Positions 11,828-24,267 of a stretch of 64,000 nt of DNA are shown in pieces. Each line of letters opens with the position of its first letter. Position 1 is the stretch's first letter. The position numbers were made by a program, and so were the translations under genes. The notes beneath the pieces were generated by a model. That model made no database searches. It saw only the letters and a list, made by a program, of their open reading frames with translations, and was not told the origin of the DNA. Source of the DNA: Camelus dromedarius (Eukaryota); assembly GCF_036321535.1 (NCBI RefSeq), contig NC_087437.1:120220001-120284000 (forward strand), in the 5' to 3' direction.

Positions 11828-13475
11828 CACTAATAATGAACTATCAGAAAAAGAAATTTTAAAGATAATCCTGCTTATAATTGTATCAAAAATAATAAAT
11901 ACCTGGAAATAAATTTAACCAAGAAGGTGAAAGGCCTATATACTGAAAACTACAAGACACTAATGAAAGAAATTTAAGAAGACACGAACAGATGGAAAGA
12001 AATATCAGCTCATGGATTGGAAAAATGAACATTGTAAAAACGTTCATACCACCCAAAGCAATACACAGATTCACTGGAATCCCTCCCAAAATTCCAATGG
12101 CATTTTTCACAGAAATAAAACAGACAACCCTAAAATCTGTATGGAGCCATAAAGACCCTGAACAGCCAAAGAAGTCTTGAGAAGGAAGGACAAAGCTGAA
12201 GGGATCGAGCATCTTGGTTTCAAACTATATCACAAAGCGACAGTAATCAAAACAGTATGGTACTGGCACAAATAGACACATAGATTAATGAAACAGATTA
12301 GAGAGCCAAGAAATAAACCCACTATATATGGTCAATTGATTTATGACAAAGGAGCCAAGAATATAAAATAGGAAAAAAAGAGAATCTCCTCAATAAATGG
12401 TATTGGGAGAGCTGAACAGCCACATGAAGAAGAATGAAGCTGGATCACTGTCTTGCAGCACACACAGAGATCAACTCAAAGTGGATTAAAGATTTGCATG
12501 TCGGACCTCAAACCATACAGCTCCTAGAAGAAAAGGTAAGGGGTAAACTCTTCGACATAGGCCTTGGTGGTGACACCGTAAGCAAAAGCGACAAAAGCAC
12601 AAATAGACATGCAACTGAAAGCTTCCGCACAGCGAAGGACGCTGTTGGCAAAATGGAAAGGAAACAAACCGAACGGGAGAAAATATTTGCAAACCATGTG
12701 TCTGATAAAGGGCTGGTATTTGAAATAGATAAAGAACTCATACAATTCAGCAGCAAAAAGTTGAATCTAATTTAAAAATGGGCAGAAGATCTGAAGGGAC
12801 GATTTTCCAAAGAAGACACACAGAAGGCCAACAGGGACATGAAAAGATACTCAGCATCACCAAACGTCAGGGAAACGCACATCAAAACCACAGTGAGGTG
12901 TCACCTCGCACCTGCCAGAACGGCTAATAACATAAAGACGAGAAACAAAAAGTGTTGGCGAGGATGTGGAGGGAAGAGAAACCTTGTGCACTTTGGTGGG
13001 AAAGTAAATTGGTGCAGACACTATGGAAAACAGTATGGAGGTTCCTCAAGAAATTACAAATAGAATTACCAAAAGATCCAGCAATTACACTTCTGGGTAT
13101 TTATGTGGGAAAAAAATGAAACACTAAGTCAAAAAGATACCTGCGCCCCACGTTCACCACAGCACTTTTTTCAGTAACCGCCACACAGGAACGACCCACG
13201 GGCCCACTGATGGACGGTGGACGTGGGATCTGTAACGCGTACTATCCGGCCATAAAAGAGTGGCGTTTGCCACTTGCCACAACGTGGGTGGATGTCGAGG
13301 ACATCATGCTAAGTGAACAAAGTCAGACAGAGAGGGACAAACACCGCATGACCTCTCTTACACACGGGATCTGAAAAACAGAGACAAAAAACCCAAGCTC
13401 ACAGACACAGAGAAGAGACTGGTGGCTGCCAGAGGCTCGGGGAGGCAGCGGGAGGGAGCCGAGAGACGGGTGGAG
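11828..13475 (+). mobile_element. 5'-truncated, decayed LINE-1 (3' part of ORF2 plus partial 3' UTR; L1MA/MB-age)
   Basis: ORF remnants SWIGKMNIVK...IPPKIPMAFFTEI, MKLDHCL...INSKWIKDL and zinc knuckle [14 protein letters not shown]; many stops and indels. Confidence 0.92.
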
Positions 13476-13958
13476 TATTCCTGCTTTCAGTTTAAATAAA
13501 TTGAAAAAAATAAAGCTTGCGATTACACTGACATTTCCAATTCAAATTTAAGACTGAAGTGTTATACTTAACCCGTGTGATTGTTCATTTGTTCGTCTTT
13601 TTCTCACACCAATACTTTTGTTTCCTCGCAGCATCCACATAATTACTTATTGCCTTTCTCCTAGAAAACACAAAAATACTCTCAAATAACAATGCCAGAT
13701 TTAATACTAGCAATAGGACTTACTGAATGAGATTTATGATTTCTCTGTTGTTCTTTTGGTCCTTAAAACACATCCTACTGAATAAAGGCAAGCACTACGC
13801 TCTGGGATCCTTTGAAATCAATCTTTTCCTTGGTTGTGCGGCAAACTCCATATAGATTTACATGCTTGTTGGTTTCTCTTCATAAGGAAACTTTCTTTCT
13901 CAATTCGAGTTTATTTTTTGAATATGGAACACATGTGCTTAGTTCTGAAGGCAAGCAC
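13476..13958 (-). mobile_element. Old L1 (L1MC4/5-like), middle part
   Basis: ctgacatttccaattcaaatttaagact...ttttttgaatatggaacacatgtgcttagttc. Confidence 0.6.
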
Positions 13959-14864
13959 GGTGAGATAATAGAAAATCCACGCTGGCCTCTGCCGCCGGTG
14001 CCCGGCGTGGAGCTCCAGGGTCCCTGGAAATTCCCAAGTGACAAGAGCACGAGGAGCATCTTCTGTTCTAGTATTTAGTCCTTGACCCTAGTTCCTGACA
14101 CAGGGCTCCTGAACCCTGTCACTTCCTGGGTGGCAGCAGTGTCCTTTGTCCTGGTGAGGAGACTCCAGGTGGGCTCCTGGGTGGGGGCTGGTTGCCACAA
14201 AGAACGAGCCAGGATCAGACACTTGAAATGTTCAGCGCCCCATCCCCAGCTTCTCCAGAGATGCAGGGGATCATGGGCCATGCCTCCATGAGGGAGCGCC
14301 CATAAACCCCCAAAGTAAGGGGTTCAGAGAACTTCCAGGCTGGCAGACACACCCACATGCTAGGAGGATGATGCACCCCAACTCCACGGGGACAGACGCT
14401 CCTGCACTCGGGACCCTCACAGACCTCACCCTGCGCATCTCTCCTTCTGGCTGTTCCTCCTTTATCCAATCCCATATTATATAAAAAACTGGTGAACGTG
14501 TTTCCCTGAGTTCTGTGAGCTGCTCCAGCAAATTCACTGGACCCAAGGAGGGGGTTGTGGGAAGTTCTGATTTTTGGCCAAGGTGGACGGAAGTCGTGGG
14601 TCATCTGGGGACCTCCTACTCGTAACTGGCGTCTGAAGTCTGGGGGGAGGCAGTCTTGTGGGACTGAAGGCTTAGCCTGCGAGATCTGATGCTAATTCCA
14701 GGTAAGGTAGTGTCAGGATTGAGTGACACTGCAGGACACCTGGCTGGTGTTGCAGAATTGCTTGATGTGGGGGAAACCCCCACCGATCTGGTGTCGGAAG
14801 GGAAGTGCTCCGAGTTAGCAGCGAGACCCGCACACAGGCGAGGGACTGGGTGCTTTTCCCAGCA
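13959..14864 (+). mobile_element. MER21-like (MER21B/C) solo LTR
   Basis: Starts gtgagataatagaaa; internal duplication of the ttcctgacacagggctcct block; tgcaccccaactccacggggacaga; gtttccctgagttctgtgagc; gcagtcttgtgggactga. Confidence 0.85.
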
Positions 14865-15075
14865 TAAACTCTGCATCAAAGCATATCCAGAGAAGTTTAG
14901 CTGCCACTCCTGCCCCCGCTCACCACGTAGGCTCCATTTTTATTAGTTCTTCATTTATTTTCCAGCACTGTTATTTTTTGCAAATATAAATACACAGGCA
15001 CACATGCACGTTTTTCACTCTTTGTTACACAAAAGACAGCTCACTACATACTGCATTCTGCTTTATCTCCTTGTC
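14865..15075 (-). mobile_element. Old L1 (L1MC4/5-like), right part
   Basis: Continues the sequence interrupted by MER21: aaactctgcatcaaagcatatccagagaagt...ttacacaaaagacagc. Confidence 0.55.
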
Positions 15076-15329
15076 AATCCCCAGAGAAGTAGGGGAAACC
15101 CGGCAAGATGGAAACGGGGGTCTGGGGTACTTCCTGCAGGCAGTGGGCGGGGCCGAGGGCACGGCGTGATGAACGTGGAGTTTCTAGCAGTCGATGTTGA
15201 GGGGATGTTGGGAAGAATCTTAGGTGAGACCGTGAACACCAAGTTAGCGTCCAGGCTCTGAAGCTGACTAGCCTGAAAAGTCTCACGGTTTAGGTGAGCC
15301 CCTCACCCCTTGCGTGAGGCTGCAGTTGG

Positions 15330-15732
15330 CACAGCAGGTTGGACAGGGTCCCCGCAATTCCGTGTCCACCTGGAACACCACAGCGTGACCTTACTTGGAA
15401 ATAGGATCCTTGTGGGTATAATCAACATAAGAGAAGGTCACAACGGGCCCTAAATCCAACGACTGGTGTGTGTGTAAGAAGAGGACACACGTAGACACAG
15501 GAAGAAGGCCACGTGGTGGCGGAGACTGGGCTGATGCTGCCACAGACCTTGGAAGGCCAAGGACGGCTGGTACCCACCGGAAGCGGGAGGAACAAGGAAG
15601 CCCCTCCCCTGGAACCTTCAGAAGGACCACAGTCCTGCCTCTCCCGGCCTTTGATCTTGGGCTCTGTCCTCCAGAACTGTTGTTTAAACGGCCCAGTTTG
15701 TGCGCTTTGTGGCAGGAGCCCCAGGACACTGG
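15330..15732 (+). mobile_element. MLT1B/C-like solo LTR
   Basis: gtgaccttacttggaaatagg, gggccctaaatccaacgactggtg, ctccagaactg...tgtttaa...cccagtttgtg. Confidence 0.85.
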
Positions 15733-18029
15733 AAGAGGTGGCCTCATCTCTGAGGCCACTCCCTGTCTGGACCCCGAGGACCATCCCAGATTGAGCGGCG
15801 CTCAAACAGCAGAAACAGGCATGGGTGGAGACCACCCCAGCTGCAATCAGTTCCCATGATGCTTGTAATCACTCAAGCAAGAATGGCGACTGTAAACACA
15901 CATTAAAAGATTCTCAATTACATGGATCTCCCGGGCAAAATTATATTTCCATAAACACTGCAGAAACGACTCAGAGAACTGGATTACGGGGCCAGCCCGG
16001 AAACCAGTCTGAAGGCAGAAGCACCCCCAGTACCCACCAGACTCGGGCCCCTCCTGCAAGCCCCGCCCCACCCCTCAACTCCAGGTACCTGCCTGGCCTG
16101 CTGGGATGCTTCCGCCCGGGGCCTCAGCATGCTCGAAGCCCGGCTCAAACCAGCACCTCCACCAGAACGTGGTCTGGGGCCCTTGTCACACACAGGCTCC
16201 GCTAGTCTGCTGTCTTTGGACACATTGGTCAGTCAACCCCAGGCTTGCGGGCACCTGCTGTTACCTGTCCACGTGTGGCCGTCTGTCCTTGAAGTCACAG
16301 AAGTTAGATGGGTGATGTCAGTGTCAGCTGCCTGGCCAGCCCATCTAACCACTGTTAACAGAGGAGCCAGAGAGAGGCGAGAGGAGGGGGTGCCCTCTCC
16401 TGCACCCAGGGCCCCACGCCCCTCGGGCACCACGGTTCCCGTGAGGCCCCAGTGGAGGTGGGCTGCCCGGCTCAGTCAGGAAACACTGCAGAAACAGCCA
16501 GTCCGTTCTCTGGGCTCCCTGGGGCTTAGGTGTCCAGCAGCTCTCCTTCCATCAGCGGGGCCAGTGATCCACCGCCCCCACCAGCAGGAGGGCCCTCACA
16601 CAGATGCGGCCTGCTCACGTGTGGTCCATCCAGATGTCCCCAGAGTACACGGCTGGGCCCGAAACCTGACGATTTGTGTCTGGAGGACCCTTAGTCCCCT
16701 CTGCCTGAGGGGTTCTCAGGCCACTTCAGGTGTCATCACTTTGGCAGGAATTCTTGGCACTAGGCACCCGTGGTTTGAAATAATTATTTGCACTCTGCCC
16801 TTAGTTTCAGGAACAAATTCCTGGATAACTGTCCTTTCTAGTTCTTTGCAAAGATTCTTCAGGGCACAGCTCAGCTGTGAGGAGACCCGGGATGCGGGGG
16901 AGGCACGGGCAGAGGCTGACACTTTCCCAAGGCCCCTGGCTCCCTCCAGGCTGCTTGGGCCTTGGGGTGGGGGGCTGCTGGGGGTCAGCGCTCTGTGCTG
17001 TGGGTTGTTCATTCACTGGGATGGGACGTCCCCCCTGCCTCCCTCTGCTTTGTGAGTCAGGCAGTGATGCCCTTTCCAGGCTTTAGAGATCTCCCCAAGA
17101 GTTCCGGCGCCTCCCCGTCACCCACGTGGTCTGTCTCGAGGTCACGGCGTCGGGGACAGCACTCACGGCCACATTGTGATCCGCGTGCCCCCCGGGCTTC
17201 TTGTTTGCACCGTCTCCATGTTCAGACTCCCCTCTGTCTTGGCCTTGAAGCCAGATCTTTCTTTTCAGGGCATTTTTGTGATCTTTCCCGCCAAGTTCTG
17301 GGTGTAGGTCTGCTTTTGCCACGCCGCCTCCCCCAAGCTCTTAGGGGACCAAGGGCAGGAGGGGTTCCTCTCAGATCCTGTCTCACAACAACTCAGTCAG
17401 GGCAGGACCCCCCCGGCCCCACACCTGGGTACTGTGCCAGGCCTTGGTCTTTTTAGTCTCCTGGGTGCAAGGCTCCAAATGGGGGTATGTTTGCCTCTGG
17501 TGCAGGTAGGAGTGGTGAGATGGCCGTGGCTTAGCTCTCTGCAGCCGGAGCCTGACTTCCGTCTGTGTTACACATCACTGTCAGCAGGGACCTCTCTCCA
17601 CTGCACGTGCTGTGGGTCCTCTGGGCCGGGCTCCGCGGGGCTGACCCTCGGGGAGGGGTGGTACATGTGTATGATGGGGTTGGGGGGACCTGGAGGGGTC
17701 AGACTGAGCCTGCCCGACCGCACAGCATTCTGTCTACAGAGCTCTGTGCTGGGGGAGGAGCGGCCGCAGAGGAAAGAAAGAGAACAAGGCTGCTGTAAAC
17801 ACAGCTGCCCCAGTTCTGAGTGATCGGCAAGACGGTTACCATCAGTGGAAGCACCGCCTATAAGGGCACTTTTTAGACAGCATCGCAGGGACAGGTGGGT
17901 CCACACGTGTATCTGCCCAGACCTGAGACCTCGCCCCACTTCTGAGATCCGGGAGGCTTTACTTACCCATGCCCTGCTGTTTGCTTGCTCCCCTGTGAGA
18001 GAGAACCCCGTTTCAGTAAGGAGCTGCAT

Positions 18030-18560
18030 TGCTGAAAATTCTTTTTGGCCGCAAATGACAGAATAACAACCCAAGCTCATTTCCGAAAAGCAGGGAACGT
18101 GCTGGTTGACTTAACTAGAAATTGTAGGGTGACTAGCTTCAGGAACAGCTGGATCCAGGAACTCTAAAGCCATCACTGGGCACCCACTTGTTCAGACTAA
18201 ACTTGATTTCAACTGTGTTGGCTTCGCTCTCAGGCAAAGATGGCCCAGGAGTGCTAGTCTTAGGGGTCCTTGGCACCTCCAGCCTGGAGGCTCAGGGTCA
18301 TTCTGCCTTCGCTGTTCCAGCAAAATCCTGCACAGGACTTTGATTCTTTGGACTCAGGTCACATGCTTGTCCCTGAAGTGACTCTGTGGGTGGGGAAATA
18401 CAGTCCTCTCATTGGCTGGCCTTGGATCACATGACCTCAGCCAGCTCATGTGACCGTCCTGCTGTGTCAACAACAACAAAAGCCACTATGGGCAGTAAGA
18501 GTGAGCAAGGAAGTTTTGCTAAAGGAAAGCAAAGAGGGGTTTTGTTACCAGAGGAGGAGG
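18030..18560 (-). mobile_element. MLT1K/L-like LTR
   Basis: gcaaatgacagaataacaacccaagct...gcttcaggaacagctggatccagg...ctcattggctggccttggatcacatg. Confidence 0.65.
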
Positions 18561-18699
18561 AAGTTGCGTCTGGGGAGGTGAAGTCCACTGGCGCCTGACT
18601 GTCCCAAGGGTGATTTCTGACGTCACCCTGGGAGAAGCTTCTTGCTTTCCAGGGCCCTCACACCTCCCACCAGGAGCACCCCCTACTTCCTCACGTCTG

Positions 18700-18760
18700 G
18701 GGGTCCCACAGAGCACACAGCTAGGAACACAGTAGGTGCTCAGTACGTGTTTGGGGTGTG
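18700..18760 (+). mobile_element. LINE-2 3'-end relic
   Basis: ctaggaacacagtaggtgctcagtacgtgtttg. Confidence 0.55.
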
Positions 18761-19552
18761 GAAGCACACAGCAGGCACTGTGACCCAGTGAATCATTGAG
18801 TCCTCCTGCCTAGTACCATCCAGGCTGAATCTCTCACCTCCTGTGGGGCGTGTGGTAGGGGGTCCGTGTGTGAGAGACAGACAGACGGACGGGGGGAGAG
18901 GGGTGTGCCCTGCCGCTGGGACACGATGCCCTTTGGAGGGCTGGCCCTGGGGACCCCCAGGAGTGCAGGTTATCTAAAGCCAGCTTCTTCCCCCTCTGCT
19001 CCCGTTGGCTTCAGGTCAAGACCCACATGCGTTTGACGCTAATGGAAAACTGCCTTGTGACCCGTGAAGTGGCCTGAGCCAGCCGGCCTGTGACAGGGAG
19101 GGGGCTGGGCTGGGCCAGGAGGGCTGGGAGGGCCAGGCTTGGGGGGGGGCTGCCACGCCCACAAGGTCGGCCTGCGGGCTCCAGGGGCGGGGCCCATGGC
19201 TCTCCGGAGAGCACTGCACCGAGCAGCCAGCTTAGAGGGGGCAGCTCTCAGCTGGCCCTGGCTTGGCTGGGTGGGAACAATGCCAGAATTTCAGGCATTT
19301 GGAAATAAAGCAGCTGCAGGGACAGGCCACCCCAGAGACCCCTCCCCTAACCAGCCTGTCAGATCAGCTGCTCACAAACCAGGGCCCGGTGGTCCCCCGG
19401 AAGCTACAGAGAGATCTGAGGAGGGAAGAAAGGTCTCAGCCAGCACTTCAAACGGAAACCCTCTCAACTCCTCAGCGTCAGGGCTTCCTTCTCCTTTGCT
19501 ATCTGCCTGCCTTTCTGGGTTTCCAGGGGCCGGGGGGGCTAGAAATAGAGGT

Positions 19553-19985
19553 ACATTCCATGCATTCGTTCACTTTGCAAATATTTGCTGAGCGTCTCTG
19601 GGGGACGAGGCAGGCGGGGCCCACACTGCACCCTCCTCCTCCTCCTCATCTCGTCTCTGTGAGCAAAACAGAGAAACCCCCGCCTTTAGGGAGCTGGTGC
19701 CAAGTGCGGGAAGACGGATAAGGAGCAAACGGAGAATGAGGACGTCAATTAGTAGACCAGGAGGTGCTACGTGCCACGTAAAAGCCGGGCGGGCAGGATG
19801 GGCGGCTGGGAGCGGGTGGGCTCACTGTTGCCTGTGCTGGTTGGGGCGAGGCAGCCCCAGGGCTGTGAGCAGCGTGCTGACATCTCCCGTCTGTGAGTTT
19901 TCAGGCTCCCTTGGTGCCACGTGGAGGACGGATGGTGGCGAGGGTGGCAGGGACACCAGTGAGAGCACGACAGGTCCGGGGTGAC
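19553..19985 (-). mobile_element. LINE-2 fragment
   Basis: cattcgttcactttgcaaatatttgctgagcgtc...gtgagcaaaacagagaaaccccgcctttagggagct. Confidence 0.65.
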
Positions 19986-20577
19986 CCAGCGAGGTGGAGT
20001 GGGCAGATCCCGGATGTGTCCTGCGGGGAGGACCAAGGGGCTTTCCCGAGAACTGAGATTCGATCTGGACAAGTGCAAGGGCGTGGGGACCTGCTGCCGC
20101 GGGGGAGGCGGGTGGGGCCCCCTTGCTCAGCCCTCCGGACATCCAAGCCATGGTCTGCATTCCAGGACAGAGGGCTGGGTTGGGGGAGGCATCCAGGAGT
20201 CATAGCGAAGGTTCACCCTTGTGCAAGTATCTTTAATTCCGAGACCCACGCCAAAGCCCTGCAAACATTTACCCAACCCCCGCGCTGGGTCCTGGAGAAC
20301 TATTCTCACCGTGCAGAGTAGGACGTGGTTCTGAGAACTCCTGAGGCTGGGTGGGTGACAGCGTGTGGGTCACCAGACCTTCAACACGTTGGGTTCTGCC
20401 CTTCCAACCCCACTAAGAGCGCTGACCGCCACGTGGGGACAAGGTCTGACAATGATGGTGCTCCTGTGGTCAAGGTCCTGTGATGCAGCGAGAAGTGACA
20501 ATGGGAGACTCCCCCTTCCCACCACCTTCCTGGGGGGCTGCACTTAGACCTTGGGGTGCAGGCGGAAGGAAGCTGCT

Positions 20578-20697
20578 GAGTGTGTGTGGGACACGTGTGG
20601 GTGTGTGTGCGTGCGTGTGTGTGTGTGATCTGTCTTGTGTATCTATGCATGTTGCAGGTGTGCGTGCATGTGTTTGTGTGTATGTGTGCGTGTGTGA
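20578..20697 (+). repeat. Degenerate (TG)n tract
   Basis: Interrupted TGTG/TGCG repeats. Confidence 0.85.
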
Positions 20698-21414
20698 GAA
20701 CTGAAGTCTGGTTTAAAAATGATCAACTGAACTCGTGCAGAGAGAATCCGGGCTCGGAGGGCTCTGCCGGGTAGACGTGGCGCCAGCACACCCAGGTCCC
20801 TGGAGGGGAGGGGGCGGGTGTGGATGCTCAGCTGGCAGCCGGCACGTCCCTCCCTGGGACTCACACTCCCATGTCCCCTCCAAAGCAGAGAAGCTGTGCC
20901 CTGAGCTGAGGCGGGGGAGGAGGAGGGCCTGAGGGGCGGAGGCGAGGAAAGGGAGTGCACATGCCCGGGTAGGTAGGCGGCTGGGGCAGGAGGGGCCCGG
21001 GGGAGGGCACACCCCCACCCCAGAGGCTGCCCCTGTGAGTGGTTTGCTGGGACCTTGGGAAATAAGTAGCCCCATGAGGTCGGCCGTGGGCACCGGAGCC
21101 CCCACAGGAGTGTGGCCTGTGCCCAGTGGTTCAGGGAGGCCGAGGCTGCGCTCATGGTCACTGTGAACAGTGGCTGGGGCTGCGTTCACGGCTGGCAGGT
21201 CTACCCTGGCCAGAGGTAATTTCCTGTGTGCAGGTGGCCCACTCCCGATGCTGGAGGCCAGCCTGAACGGGGTGGAAGGGTGGGGATGGTCTGTGCAATG
21301 TTCCAAGAGGAAGAATGGAGTCTAGGACGCTGACTGAAAACAGAGAGCAAAATGCCACGAGACGGCTCCAGGCTCCCTGGAAAGGACTCACCTCGTTTCC
21401 TGCACTGGGGACGT

Positions 21415-21560
21415 CACCACCACCTCTACCACCAGCACCGTCACCATCATCACCACATCTGCCACCATCACCACGACCCCCACCACCTCTGACCACCACG
21501 ACCACCACCACCACCATTAAACCACCGCCACCTCCAGCACCGCCACCACCGCTGCCGCAG
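21415..21560 (+). repeat. Degenerate (CAC)n trinucleotide repeat
   Basis: caccaccacctctaccaccagcaccgtcaccatcatcacc...; produces the poly-Pro/Thr and poly-Val/Gly ORFs. Confidence 0.85.
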
Positions 21561-21574
21561 GCTCATCACTGCTG

Positions 21575-22056
21575 CTCAGGAGGTAGCGACTGGAGGTTTC
21601 CCCCCGCCCCGCAGGCTTCCTCCTTCCTTCTCTGCCTAGCTTCCCTGTGCTTCGGGAGCTGCCCAGCAGGTGGTGACTGCTCCCCAGGCTCCCTCCCCGC
21701 CGGCTTCCAGCTGGGGCCTGGCCAGTCGGGGGCAGGGGCAGGACATGGCATGGAGGAAGCAGATGGGGCCTTGCTCATCTGCATCACACAGTGGCCCGTC
21801 TCTGCAGGAGCACAGGTCCTGCCGGGTGGCCCTTCCCAGGGCTTCTGCCCTCACCCTGGGGACAGCTTTCCTTGTTGTGCCCCTTCGGCTGGGGTGGTCG
21901 TGGCTCCTACGCTCACGGGTCCCTTGATGCCCCAGCAGATCTGGTTGTTTCCCTCAACCTTGCCAATACCTCTGAAATGTTCTTTTCATTAACAAATCTC
22001 TTCCACCGCCCCCCGTGAGTGGGCCATCTGTTTCCTGCTCAACTCTGAAAGATGCC
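21575..22056 (+). mobile_element. LTR33-like ERVL LTR
   Basis: 3' end ccctcaaccttgccaatacctctgaaatgttcttttcattaa...tgagtgggccatctgtttcctg resembles the LTR33 terminus. Confidence 0.6.
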
Positions 22057-23793
22057 AGTCTCGTGGAGCGCCGGGCGTGCCACACTCATCCCAGAGGGAG
22101 CCAGAGCACCTATCCGAGGCCCCGTCATAACGCCTGGCAGCGCCTGTGCCTGGGGCGTCCAGGCTGAGCCCAGGGGTCCCGCCTGCCCCGTGGTCCCGCC
22201 CGCCCCCGGGGTCCTTGCTCCAGAAGCCGAGGTAGGAGCAAGAATGAGGGAGGAATCAGACAGACCTGGGTGGAATGGGGATCTTTTCAAGACTGGAGGG
22301 TCCATCCAAGGCGGTCTGGAGCCTGCCCTGGCTGCCCCCACGGCGCTGGGAGGGTCTGCTGGGTTGGGGGGTAGCCTTGGGCTTTGAGGAGCGGAGGAAA
22401 GACAGACCCTCACCCTGGGGAACACAGTACCCTCTCCAAAGAGCGCTGGGCAGGGGAGCGCAAACTGCTGCCCTTTCTTCTGGGATAAAACCCCTCTCAC
22501 CTCCCCTCTCCCCCTGCCTCCTCCCCCTGCCCACCCCGGCCCCTGACAGGTCTGCGTTCACAAAAGCAGCCGCTTGCTTTCCCCTCCCTCCGCCACCCCC
22601 TGGTTTTGTCTCCCTGTCCTGAAGCCCCTCTCAGATCTCAGGGCTCCACACTGCTGCCAGCAGGTCATGACCCCGTGCGGGGGCTTGGAGCTGGGTCCTC
22701 AGCCTCTCCGTCCCCTGGACTCCGGATAGGAGCCATGAGCATCCCCAAGCCCATCCAGAGGGGCTGAGGAGTGGGCCCTCTGCTTCCACATGTGGGACTT
22801 CGCCAGGTTTCTGGGTCCAGCACCTTCCCATAGTGTCCACTCCTGGGTCCTGAGGACACTGGACTCCTCAAAGTGGTCCCACTGACTCCTAGCGAAGGCA
22901 CAGTCCCAGGGCAGCATAGAAATTGTCCCCCTGGAACAAAATGGAAGTTTCTGGAGCAGAGCCCGTGCAGGGGGTCGGGGCTCTGCTGCCTTCCCCTGGG
23001 CTCCTGGCCTCTTCTCCAGGGTCTGGATCCGACCCTGTCACTCCTACTCCCCCAGGGGCCCCTCCCCTCCTCTTTTTCCCTCGGTGACAGTAGTGACAGT
23101 AACAGCTGCAGGCCGCAGCACCTGCTGGCCAGCAGACCCACAGTGCCACTTGAGGGGGGCCTCCCCCTTTCCTTGAGAACACCCTTCGGCATGGAAGCTG
23201 TGAGCTGCACCCCAGAGATCTGGGAGAGGTCCCAAGGACCACGACAAAGCCACTGCTTCTTTGGAATCTCAGGTTTTGACTTAAAATTCATTCTTATAGT
23301 GCATTCTTCTCCACCCCAGTCCACGCTTTCCACGGAATGCTCCCTGGGTGGCAGCTCTGCTCACCGCTCCCCAGAGCATTTGGGTCCAAAACTTGGGCCA
23401 TCAGACGCCAGTGACTGCTCAAGGCGTGGACCATCAGGGTAACCAGATGACAGTGTACTTGCCTGGCGGGCAGGCAGGGAGCCAGGCGCAGAGCCTGGAC
23501 TTGGCCAGCATCGTGCAGGGTGGGGACCCAGCCGCTGGAAGAAAGGCCTGTTTACTGGAGCGGGAGGATGCCAGCTGCAGGCCTGCCAGGCTCCGTGGGA
23601 TCTACCCAGAGACAACGGGCAGCCTGGGCCCTGGCCATCCCATCCTCCTGGGACGTGCAGGCGTGCCGCCGTGCACCTGGCACCGTGGACAAGGTGAGCA
23701 GAGAGGGGACGTTGTTTTGAGGAGCTTCTGTGTCCAGATGCACATGTGTGAGGTCAGCCAAGACAGTGTGGGCAGAGCCACAGGGCCACCAAG

Positions 23794-24267
23794 TGTGGTG
23801 GGTCGCCTAGCGGTCCCCAAAGCTGTCCACATCCTCATCCCGGAACCTGTGAATATCTTACTTTCAGGGCAAAGGGGCACTCAGGTTGCAAATTTCCTCC
23901 CCCCAAAGTGGGAGGATGACTCTAGATTCTCGGGGGGGGGGGTCAAGTGTACTCACAGGGGTCCCTTAAATGGGGGAGGGGAGAATCAGCGTTAGGGAAA
24001 TGCAGAGTGAGAAAACTCGACGCCCACCGCTGGCCGTGAACCGAGGGAGGGGGCACAGGCCCAGGAGAGCTGGCGGCCCGGCAGTCGGGGGGGCCGGGAG
24101 ATGGAGCCTCCCCTGGGGCCCCCAGAGGGGCCAGGCCTACCCACACCTTCACGTTAGCCCCGGGAGACCCGCGTGGGGCCTCTGACCCCAGAGGCTGTAA
24201 GAGAATAAATCTGTGTCTAAAGCCACTGAGTTTGTGGTCACTTGTCTCAGCGACAGGAACTCTCACG
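23794..24267 (+). mobile_element. MLT1D-like solo LTR
   Basis: tgtggtggg...gtccacatcctcatcccggaacctgtgaatat...ctgtaagagaataaatctgtgt...aagccactgagtttgtggtca. Confidence 0.88.

Noticed and set aside
21158..21992. Poly-Pro/Thr (formin- or mucin-like) ORF
   Set aside because: Arises from a (CAC)n repeat running into an LTR; no splice or domain support.
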